A stretch of 64,000 nucleotides of DNA from Candidatus Cryptobacteroides sp. GTDB lineage: Bacteria; Bacteroidota; Bacteroidia; Bacteroidales; UBA932. Below the pieces are notes generated by a model, which made no database searches, was not told the DNA's origin, and was given only the letters and a program-made list of their open reading frames with translations. The DNA lies in assembly GCA_045133255.1 (NCBI GenBank), contig JBGUTV010000045.1, forward strand, positions 11,981-75,980. The letters are read 5' to 3'. This document shows positions 41,270-49,606 of this stretch, piece by piece; positions within the stretch are counted from its first letter, which is position 1, and every line of letters begins with the position of its first letter. The position numbers and the translations under genes are program-made.

Positions 41270-41312
41270 ACGCGATCGTCAAAAGTTCAGGTCAATTGCA
41301 CCTCTATGGTTA

Positions 41313-41320
41313 CAAAGTTA
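41313..41320 (-). promoter_or_regulatory. Putative -7 box for the MFS-malQ operon
   Basis: TAACTTTG on minus, about 45 nt upstream of the ATG at 41269. Confidence 0.6.
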
Positions 41321-41419
41321 TAAATTTAAGACATTTTTTTATAAATTCGCATCGCATTTCCGACGGAATGCAAGGATTTGATGACGAAATGAAGAAATAA
41401 ACCGATTAATAATAACATT

Positions 41420-43558
41420 ATGAAACGCTATCTTTTAATCCTTGGGCTGATCCTCTGCTCTCTTGCAGCATTGGCACAGACTCCAAAAGATGTGAAGTAT
41501 GTCTTCACAGAGGCTTCCGACCTCAACCTCATCGGAAAGATCCATAAGGAAACACCTAATCCTTACCACAGGGTCGACACCGTGAAATATAAAGGTTTCA
41601 CAACAGGAGAAAACCGTCAGGTACGCTGCCCGACCGGACTCGCAGTCCTTTTCAAGACCAACTCTACCGTCATCACAGTCCAGACCGACTGGGGATGGGA
41701 ATACAGTTCAGTAGCTACCATGCCTATCGCATACAGAGGTTATGACCTCTATATCAAGAAGGACGGAAAATGGCTCTGGGCTGCTGCAAATGCACAGAAG
41801 CATGGTGCAGACAGTGAGAAGAACATGATCCTGATCAACAACATGGACAATTCAGAGAAGGAGTGTCTTCTTTACCTCCCTATATACTCAGAGATCTACT
41901 CATGCAAGATCGGTACTCAGGAAGGATCATACATCGAGCCTATCGAGAGTCCGTTCCGTCACAGAATCGGTATCTTCGGCTCATCATACACACACGGTAT
42001 CAGCACAAGCCGTGCAGGTATGAGCTACCCTATGCAGCTCATGCGCAGCACCGGTCTTCAGTTCCTCAGCCTCGGCTGCAGCGGAAACAGCAAGCTCCAG
42101 CCTTATTTTGCTGATGTTCTCTGCGACGCAGAGGTTGATGCCCTCGTATTCGACTCATTCTCGAATCCTGATGCGAAGATGATCAATGAGAGACTCTTCC
42201 CATTCATCGAGAAGATCCAGACCGCTCATCCTGACATTCCTCTCATTTTCCAGCAGACTATCTATCGCGAGAAGAGAAACTTCTGTCTTTCTGAAGAGGA
42301 AAAGGAAAGCGCGAAGCAGGAAATGGCAGCAAAGCTCATGGCAGAAGCATGCAAGAAGTACAAGAACGTATACTTCATCCAGACAAACGCATCTGTCCCT
42401 TCACACGAGACAACTGTCGATGGTATCCATCCTGACAATCATGGCTACACTCTCTGGGCTCAGTCAATCGAGAAGCCGATCCTTGAGATTCTTGCCAAGT
42501 ATGGTATAACTTGCGAGAAGTCACCTAAGCCTGACACTAAGAAAGACTGGATTGAGGCATCCTCTCTCACTCTCTGTGGCAAGCTTATGGACACTCCTAA
42601 CCCATACCATAGAGTAGACACCGTGAAGTACAAGGGATTCACAAAGAGCGAGAACGGTCAGGTGAGAATGTCATCAGGCATCTCTGTCGCCTTCAAGACC
42701 AACTCTTCAGAAATTCATGTAAAGACAAAATATGGAACTGTCGTTTCATTCCCTACCAACACTAACGGAATCTCCGCAAGAGGTTATGACCTTTACATCA
42801 AGAAAGATGGCAGATGGCTGTTCGCCGGCGCAAGTGCACCTTCAGACAAGAATCTGGAAGCTCCTGTAAGACTTGTAAGCAACATGGATGACACCATGAA
42901 GGAGTGCCTTCTTTATCTTCCTCTTTACAGCGAGGAGTACTCCGTACAGATCGGCGTGGACAAGGGAAGCGTGATCGAGGCTATAGACAATCCTTTCCGT
43001 TATCGCGTGGGAATCTTCGGTTCTTCATACACTCATGGATCAAGCACAAGCCGTGGCGGTATGACATATCCTGCACAGTTCTCAAGAAATACCGGTATCC
43101 AGATGCTCAGCCTCGGCTGCAGCGGCAACAGCAAGCTCCAGCAGTATTTTGCTGACGTCCTTTGCGACGCCAAGGTAGATGCTCTCGTGTTCGATGCATT
43201 CTCTAACCCGGATGCAAAGATGATCAAGGCAAGACTTTTCCCATTCATCGAAAAGCTCAGAGCAGCCCATCCTGAGATTCCGCTCATTTTCCAGCAGACC
43301 ATCTATCGCGAAAGAAGAAACTTCGATCAGGCACACGAAAAGCACGAAGCTGATAAGCTTGAGATGGCAGAGAAGCTCATGAAGGAGGCGTGCAAGAAGT
43401 ATAAGAATGTCTACTACATCCAGACAACAAATGCTACTTCAGACGACAACAACTCTACTGTTGACGGTGTTCATCCTGACAACTACGGCTACACTCTCTG
43501 GGCCAAGTCCATCGAGAAGCCGCTTCTCAAGATTCTCAAGAAGCATGGTGTGAAGTAA
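41420..43558 (+). CDS. Secreted SGNH/GDSL hydrolase, whole-enzyme tandem duplication
   Basis: Signal peptide; two units of about 345 aa, each with GYDLY, FGSSYTHG, LGCSGN, DG(I/V)HP. Confidence 0.88.
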   Translation: MKRYLLILGLILCSLAALAQTPKDVKYVFTEASDLNLIGKIHKETPNPYHRVDTVKYKGFTTGENRQVRCPTGLAVLFKTNSTVITVQTDWGWEYSSVATMPIAYRGYDLYIKKDGKWLWAAANAQKHGADSEKNMILINNMDNSEKECLLYLPIYSEIYSCKIGTQEGSYIEPIESPFRHRIGIFGSSYTHGISTSRAGMSYPMQLMRSTGLQFLSLGCSGNSKLQPYFADVLCDAEVDALVFDSFSNPDAKMINERLFPFIEKIQTAHPDIPLIFQQTIYREKRNFCLSEEEKESAKQEMAAKLMAEACKKYKNVYFIQTNASVPSHETTVDGIHPDNHGYTLWAQSIEKPILEILAKYGITCEKSPKPDTKKDWIEASSLTLCGKLMDTPNPYHRVDTVKYKGFTKSENGQVRMSSGISVAFKTNSSEIHVKTKYGTVVSFPTNTNGISARGYDLYIKKDGRWLFAGASAPSDKNLEAPVRLVSNMDDTMKECLLYLPLYSEEYSVQIGVDKGSVIEAIDNPFRYRVGIFGSSYTHGSSTSRGGMTYPAQFSRNTGIQMLSLGCSGNSKLQQYFADVLCDAKVDALVFDAFSNPDAKMIKARLFPFIEKLRAAHPEIPLIFQQTIYRERRNFDQAHEKHEADKLEMAEKLMKEACKKYKNVYYIQTTNATSDDNNSTVDGVHPDNYGYTLWAKSIEKPLLKILKKHGVK

Positions 43559-43579
43559 TATTCACCTGAACATAAGAAG

Positions 43580-43616
43580 TGCGGAAAGATTCCATGACGG
43601 ACTTTCCGCATTTTTT
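43580..43616 (+). terminator. Rho-independent terminator
   Basis: TGCGGAAAG...CTTTCCGCA followed by TTTTTT. Confidence 0.85.
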
Positions 43617-43657
43617 CGTTTACGGAATCAACGTGACATTTTTGACGTCAAAAAGTG

Positions 43658-45049
43658 TCACGATTGTTTCACGCAATCATAAACAAGAGGAGATTTGACC
43701 GTAAGATAGACGGTGCGGGCAAGAAGATGTGCGAAATAGGCTCCCATCAGGATGTGCATGGCAGCAATACCGTATGAGGTTGGAGCTGAAATATTCAGGA
43801 AAGCGATGCCAACGATCCAGACAGCGGCAAAGGCAACCACAGACCATAACATGGAATTGCGCATTTCCTTAGATCCGGTTGCACCTATGAATATTCCGTC
43901 CCATGTGAAGGCGGCACATCCGACGACAGGCATGAGGACAAGCCATGGCAGAAATGCTTTGGAGGCTTCGACCACAACGTCATCCGAGGTCATCATCTTA
44001 AGAAGAAGCACTCCACCGAAATGATAAATTGCCACGAAAGCAGCAGCCAGCCCCATGCTCCATACGAAGGTCCATTTGACTGTCTTCCTGAGGTTCGGGA
44101 GGTCGCGTGCGCCGATATATCTGCCGGTCATAGCCTCTCCTGCATATGCGAATCCGTCCGTGAAGTATGAGAATATCATCAGAATCTTCATCATTATCGA
44201 GCTGACTGCCAGAAGCACATCTCCATAACGTGCTGAGATCACGGTAAACCCGATATATATTGCAATAAAACAGAGCGAACGTACGAAGAGGTCGGCATTC
44301 ATGACAAAGAAGCGACGGGTCTCACCGCCCTTGAACACACCCTTGAGATCTGCTGAAGAGAATTCCTCAAACACCTTGCTGCGATATTTGACTGCTATCA
44401 GCAGCAGGGCAACGATCAGTCCGGAATACTGTGCGGCCACTGTTCCCGCCGCAATACCGGAAAATCCCATGCCTTTGACGAGCACGCCGGCAGACGGAAG
44501 AGTGATGCCCAACGCCAGCACTACGCTCATAAGGATATTCATTCCATTGACCACGAAATCTGTAATCATCGCACTGACACTGTCCTGCATGCCTATGAAC
44601 CAGCCTTTAAGGGCCATCAGACTCAAGGTCGCCGGAGCAGCCCATATCCTTATGAAGAAATATCTTGAGGCCAGTTCGCGCACCTGGGGTGTGCAGTCAA
44701 CAACAAGAAAAGCCGCCTTGACGAAAATCCACTGGATAAGAATCAGACAGAATGCTATTCCAAGAGAGATGCCCAACGCCCTGGTCAGAATCCTTGCACA
44801 TTCCTTCCAATCCTGCTTTCCAAATGCCTGAGCTGTCAGTCCGCCTGTTCCCACGCGCAGGAATCCGAAGTTCCAGTAGAGAAGATCGAAGAGCATTGAA
44901 CCGATGGCGATTCCTCCGATCATTGTGGCCGCATTGGTATCAAGATGTCCGGCAACGGCGATATCCACCATTCCCACCAAAGGGACGGTGATGTTTGCCA
45001 GAATGCTTGGCAAAGCCAATTTCAATATATCCTGATTGATCTGACGCAT
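43658..45049 (-). CDS. MATE-family efflux transporter (DinF-like)
   Basis: LALPSILANITVPLVGMVDIAVAGHL, FGFLRVGTGGLTAQA, DGFAYAGEA. Confidence 0.92.
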   Translation of the reverse strand: MRQINQDILKLALPSILANITVPLVGMVDIAVAGHLDTNAATMIGGIAIGSMLFDLLYWNFGFLRVGTGGLTAQAFGKQDWKECARILTRALGISLGIAFCLILIQWIFVKAAFLVVDCTPQVRELASRYFFIRIWAAPATLSLMALKGWFIGMQDSVSAMITDFVVNGMNILMSVVLALGITLPSAGVLVKGMGFSGIAAGTVAAQYSGLIVALLLIAVKYRSKVFEEFSSADLKGVFKGGETRRFFVMNADLFVRSLCFIAIYIGFTVISARYGDVLLAVSSIMMKILMIFSYFTDGFAYAGEAMTGRYIGARDLPNLRKTVKWTFVWSMGLAAAFVAIYHFGGVLLLKMMTSDDVVVEASKAFLPWLVLMPVVGCAAFTWDGIFIGATGSKEMRNSMLWSVVAFAAVWIVGIAFLNISAPTSYGIAAMHILMGAYFAHLLARTVYLTVKSPLVYDCVKQS

Positions 45050-45076
45050 ACAGATTCTTTGTGCCCGGGAAGAATC

Positions 45077-46090
45077 CTATCTGTATTTACCTTCCTCGTC
45101 AAGCATTCCGAGATAGGACGAATAGCGGTCATAGCTGATCTCACCTTCCTCGACTGCCTCCTTCACTGCACAACCGGGCTCATGAGTGTGCGTACACGGT
45201 GCAAAACGGCAATTCTCCGAAGCCTTGAGCATTTCAGGAAAATAGAGCGCGATCTCCTCCTTCTTCAGATCGACAAGACCAAATCCTCGAAGACCAGGGG
45301 TATCCACTATGAAACCACCTGTGGAAAGAGCATACATTTCATAGAAAGTAGTAGTGTGGCGTCCCTGTTCATGTGCATCAGAAATCTCACCCACACGCGG
45401 CTCCAAGGCCGGATCCAAAGCCTTTATAAGCGACGATTTTCCCACTCCGGAAACTCCCGAAAAGAGAGAAACAACAGGCCTGGAGGCATCGAAATCATCA
45501 TTGCGTGAACCGTCCGGCAGAACCCTGCCTGAGACCATATCCCTAAGCACTTCCACTCCTTCACCGGTGCGCGCAGAGACCTCGATCACAGGGTATCCGG
45601 CACCTTCATAGATCTCATGGAAGGCCGCTCTCATTTCTTCATGCTCCGGACCATACAGGTCGCACTTGTTCAACACGATAGCCGCAGGCACATTGTACAC
45701 CTCACAGGTCACCAGGAGTCTGTCCAGAAAAGGAAGCTTGACCTGAGGAAAATCCAACGTTATGACAAGAAAGGCTCTGTCCAGATTAGATGCTATTATA
45801 TGCGACTGGCGGGAAAGATTGGTAGACTTTCTGATGATGTAGTTCCTGCGCGGCTCAACGGATGTGATGACTGCTGAATTTTCCAGAGATACATCCGCAA
45901 GCGACTCGGCCTCAGCCTCGAAGTTCACAACATCACCGACAGCGACCGGATTGGTTGCAGTGCTTCCTTTCAGACGGATCTTTCCTCTGAGTACAGCAGG
46001 AAAAAGGTTCCATTCAGGGAGCTGGGAGAGCAGATAATGGCTTCCCGTATGCTTAACAACTGTCGCTTGTCCTTTAATCGTCATATACAT
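45077..46090 (-). CDS. rsgA: Ribosome small subunit-dependent GTPase A
   Basis: NKCD, GVSGVGKSS, GRHTTT, DTPG, CRFAPCTHTHEPGCAV; start at 46090 or 46084. Confidence 0.95.
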   Translation of the reverse strand: MYMTIKGQATVVKHTGSHYLLSQLPEWNLFPAVLRGKIRLKGSTATNPVAVGDVVNFEAEAESLADVSLENSAVITSVEPRRNYIIRKSTNLSRQSHIIASNLDRAFLVITLDFPQVKLPFLDRLLVTCEVYNVPAAIVLNKCDLYGPEHEEMRAAFHEIYEGAGYPVIEVSARTGEGVEVLRDMVSGRVLPDGSRNDDFDASRPVVSLFSGVSGVGKSSLIKALDPALEPRVGEISDAHEQGRHTTTFYEMYALSTGGFIVDTPGLRGFGLVDLKKEEIALYFPEMLKASENCRFAPCTHTHEPGCAVKEAVEEGEISYDRYSSYLGMLDEEGKYR

Positions 46091-46103
46091 TGAATTATCT
46101 GGA

Positions 46104-46132
46104 CAAAGATATAACTTTTTTGAGTATCTTTG
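46104..46132. promoter_or_regulatory. Back-to-back -7 boxes (rsgA / polyprenyl synthase)
   Basis: TATCTTTG on minus (46104-46111) and TATCTTTG on plus (46125-46132). Confidence 0.7.
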
Positions 46133-46157
46133 TAAGTTGGGATAAACAAAACTGACC

Positions 46158-47138
46158 ATGATTGAGAATCATATCGAAAATGCCGTAAATGAACTTTTCG
46201 CAAACCTGAAGTTCACAGCTGAGCCTGCGGGACTGTATGACCCGCTCAGATACATGATGGAAATCGGAGGAAAGCGCATCCGCCCGAGACTCTGCCTGCT
46301 TGCATATTCCCTTTTCAAGGAGGATATGAACCCGTCCATACTCGGTCCGGCAGCAGCACTGGAGGTATTCCACAGCTTCACACTCATCCACGACGACATC
46401 ATGGACAAGGCGGACGTTCGCCGCGGAGTGCCTACCGTATATCGCAAATGGGACGAGAACACTGCCATACTTTCCGGAGACGTGATGTCCATCGAGAGCT
46501 ACAAGCTTCTGGCTCAGGCTCCTGCAGAAGTGCTTCCGAAAGCATTGGAGCTCTTCAGCACAACAGCTGCAGAAGTATGCGAGGGACAGCAGTATGACAT
46601 GGACTTCGAGGACATGGAAAGCGTTCCTATGGAGGACTATCTGAAGATGATAGGCCTCAAGACCGCCGTTCTCATTGCATGCTCTGCAAAGATGGGAGCC
46701 CTCATCGGAGGTGCAGACGACAGGACCTGCGACCTTCTGTACAGATTCGGATATGACCTCGGTCTCGCATTCCAGATCGCGGACGACTGGCTCGACACTT
46801 ATTCGGATCCGAAAGTGTTCGGAAAGGCAATCGGAGGCGACATCCTCAACAACAAGAAGAGCTGGCTCATGACCCGCGCTTTCGAGAAGGCCGGAGAAAG
46901 ACGATCTGAGCTTCTTGAAGCGATGGCCATGCCTATTGATACTGACGAGCAGAAAGCAGCCAAGATCAGCAAGGTCATCGGAATATATGACAGCTTGGGA
47001 ATCGGAGAAGATGCAAAGAATGAGATCATCAAGCTTCATGCTCAGGCACTCGCCCACGTGGAAACACTCGACCTTAGACCTGAGGCGGCCGTCGCCCTTG
47101 AGAATTATGCTAAGAACCTGATTGGAAGGACAAAGTAA
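46158..47138 (+). CDS. Polyprenyl diphosphate synthase (IspA/GGPS family)
   Basis: GGKRIRP, LIHDDIMD..RRG, EGQQYDM, KTA, FQIADDWLD, GGDILNNKKS. Confidence 0.93.
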   Translation: MIENHIENAVNELFANLKFTAEPAGLYDPLRYMMEIGGKRIRPRLCLLAYSLFKEDMNPSILGPAAALEVFHSFTLIHDDIMDKADVRRGVPTVYRKWDENTAILSGDVMSIESYKLLAQAPAEVLPKALELFSTTAAEVCEGQQYDMDFEDMESVPMEDYLKMIGLKTAVLIACSAKMGALIGGADDRTCDLLYRFGYDLGLAFQIADDWLDTYSDPKVFGKAIGGDILNNKKSWLMTRAFEKAGERRSELLEAMAMPIDTDEQKAAKISKVIGIYDSLGIGEDAKNEIIKLHAQALAHVETLDLRPEAAVALENYAKNLIGRTK

Positions 47139-47139
47139 C

Positions 47140-48474
47140 ATGGAGAACAAGAAACTGGAAATCATGGCACCTGCAGGCAACTTCGAATGCCTGCACGCAG
47201 CAATACAGGGAGGCGCCGACTCCGTATATTTCGGTGTGGAAAAGCTGAACATGCGTTCCCACTCGGCGAACAACTTCAAGATGACCGACCTTGAAGAGAT
47301 CGTAAGAATCTGTTCTGAGGTAGGAGTAAAGACATATCTTACCCTCAACATCGCGTTGTTTGACAATGATCTTGAGGACATGCGCAAGACTCTCGATGCA
47401 GCTAAGGCGGCAGGAATCACGGCCGTCATAGCATCGGACATGGCAGCGATAGCATATGCCCGCCAGATCGGGGTGGAAGTGCACATTTCAACACAGCTCA
47501 GCATATCGAATGCCGAAGCCCTCAGATTCTACGCTCAGTTCGCGGATGTGATCGTGCTCGCACGTGAGCTGAACCTCGGACAGGTAAAGGAGATCAAGGC
47601 CGTGATAGACAGAGACAACATCTGCGGTCCTTCAGGAAGAAAGGTGGAAATCGAAATGTTTGCACATGGAGCACTCTGCATGGCCATTTCAGGGAAATGC
47701 TATCTCAGCCTTCACGAATACGGCGCTTCAGCCAACAGGGGCTCATGCTATCAGCTCTGCAGACGCGCCTACCAGGTACGCGACCGCGAGACAGGAATGG
47801 AACTGGAAATCGACAACAAGTACATAATGTCGCCTAAGGACCTCTGCACCATCGAGTTCATGGACAAGATCATTGATGCAGGAGTTACCGTATTCAAGAT
47901 TGAGGGACGAGCACGATCGGCAGAATACGTAAAGCGTGCAGCATCATGCTACCGCCGTGCAGCAGATGCGGTATGCGAAGGAAGATATACTCAGGAACTC
48001 GCAGCTACCTTGAAGGAAGAGCTGAACGAGGTGTTCAACAGAGGATTCTGGGACGGCTACTATCAGGGAGCAAAGCTTGGAGAATGGTGCGAAGTCTACG
48101 GCAGCAAGGCAACCCACAAGAAGGTATACTGCGGCAAGATCACCAACTGGTTCGGCAAACTCGGAGTAGCAGAGATTCTGATCGAATCCTACTCACTCAA
48201 AGTCGGAGACAAGATTCTCATAATCGGACCGACATCGGGAGTGGTGGAATACGTTGTTCCTGAAATACGCGTAGACCTCAAGCCGGTAGAGGAGGCATCG
48301 AAGGGCACATTCTGCTCGATTCCGCTCGACTGGTCTAAAGTCGTACCAGGAGCAAGAGAGGAGGCGATGAGTCTCTGCGGTGACGGATGCAACGAGCAGG
48401 CATGCAAGGCAATCGAAGAGAACCGCCTTCGCCGTTCGGACAAAGTATATATATGGAGAAAGGAAGAAAACTGA
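47140..48474 (+). CDS. U32 peptidase-family protein (TrhP-like RNA hydroxylation factor)
   Basis: EIMAPAG, GADSVYFG, HISTQ, LAREL, HGALCMAISGKC, NRGSCYQLCR, SPKDL, KIEGR. Confidence 0.9.
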   Translation: MENKKLEIMAPAGNFECLHAAIQGGADSVYFGVEKLNMRSHSANNFKMTDLEEIVRICSEVGVKTYLTLNIALFDNDLEDMRKTLDAAKAAGITAVIASDMAAIAYARQIGVEVHISTQLSISNAEALRFYAQFADVIVLARELNLGQVKEIKAVIDRDNICGPSGRKVEIEMFAHGALCMAISGKCYLSLHEYGASANRGSCYQLCRRAYQVRDRETGMELEIDNKYIMSPKDLCTIEFMDKIIDAGVTVFKIEGRARSAEYVKRAASCYRRAADAVCEGRYTQELAATLKEELNEVFNRGFWDGYYQGAKLGEWCEVYGSKATHKKVYCGKITNWFGKLGVAEILIESYSLKVGDKILIIGPTSGVVEYVVPEIRVDLKPVEEASKGTFCSIPLDWSKVVPGAREEAMSLCGDGCNEQACKAIEENRLRRSDKVYIWRKEEN

Positions 48475-48490
48475 ATTTAAACTGTAATAA

Positions 48491-49606
48491 ATGAAACGAA
48501 TTTTAGCAATCACACTGACCCTGTCGTCTCTACTGGCCGTATCCTGCAAACAGAGCAGCGACACAGCACAGAAAGGAGAGGCAACCTACAAGACACTGGA
48601 GGTATCATTGAAGGACATAACACTGGAAACAGAGTATTCTGCTGCAATCAGCGGTGTCCAGACCGTGGAAATCAGACCTCAGGTCAGCGGTATGATTACC
48701 GACATCCTTATCGAGGAAGGTCAGAGCGTAAGGAAAGGCCAGGTTCTCTTCATCATTGACCAGACACCTTACAAGGCTGCATATGAAATTGCCGTGGCAA
48801 ACGTAAAAAGTGCTGAGGCAGCCCTCTCGACAGCAGAACTGGTCTACGAAAGCAACAAGGACCTCTTCGAGCAGGACGTGGTTTCTGAATTCGACCTGAT
48901 GACTGCCCAGAACTCCCTCACAGATGCTCAGGCACGCCTGGCACTTTGCAAGGCAGAAGAAGTAAACGCCGGAAACAACCTCTCATACACAGAGGTGCGC
49001 TCTCCTGTAAACGGCGTGGCATCTATGATTCCATACCGCGTCGGAGCCCTCGTCAGCAGCAGCATTTCACAGCCTCTCGTAACAGTGTCTGACGACAGCC
49101 GCGTCTATGCATATTTCTCAATGGCAGAGAACCAGATGCTTGACATGGTCATGCAGTACGGAACTCTTGACAACGCCATCAGGCAGATGCCGGAAGTGGA
49201 GCTCATCATGAGCAATGGCCAGTCATATGAGTACAAGGGTAAGATCAACGCGATAAGCGGTACCATCAGCGAAAGCACCGGTGCCGTCAGCATACGCGCA
49301 ATGTTCAGCAACCGCAGTCATCTTCTCCGTAACGGAGGAAGCGGCACCATAATCATCCCTGTAGAGCGCAAAAATGCAATCGTCATTCCTCAGACCGCGA
49401 CCTACGAACTTCAGGACCGCGTATTCGTCTACAAGGTAGTCGACGGCAAGGCATCATCGACAGAAATCCACATCTCTCCACAGAATAACGGCACGGAATA
49501 CATTGTGGAGAAGGGTCTCAACGTAGGAGACATCATCATTGCTGAAGGCGCAGGCCTGATCAAGGAAGGCACACAGATCACAAGCAAGACAGAGGAGGCC
49601 GAATAA
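48491..49606 (+). CDS. RND efflux periplasmic adaptor (MFP)
   Basis: Lipobox AVSC; VEIRPQVSG, EGQSVRKGQVLF.ID, YTEVRSPVNG. Confidence 0.93.
   Translation: MKRILAITLTLSSLLAVSCKQSSDTAQKGEATYKTLEVSLKDITLETEYSAAISGVQTVEIRPQVSGMITDILIEEGQSVRKGQVLFIIDQTPYKAAYEIAVANVKSAEAALSTAELVYESNKDLFEQDVVSEFDLMTAQNSLTDAQARLALCKAEEVNAGNNLSYTEVRSPVNGVASMIPYRVGALVSSSISQPLVTVSDDSRVYAYFSMAENQMLDMVMQYGTLDNAIRQMPEVELIMSNGQSYEYKGKINAISGTISESTGAVSIRAMFSNRSHLLRNGGSGTIIIPVERKNAIVIPQTATYELQDRVFVYKVVDGKASSTEIHISPQNNGTEYIVEKGLNVGDIIIAEGAGLIKEGTQITSKTEEAE

Noticed and set aside
46095-47504. 469-aa minus-strand ORF
   Set aside because: Antisense to the polyprenyl synthase and U32 genes, with no motifs; explained by codon bias on the coding strand.
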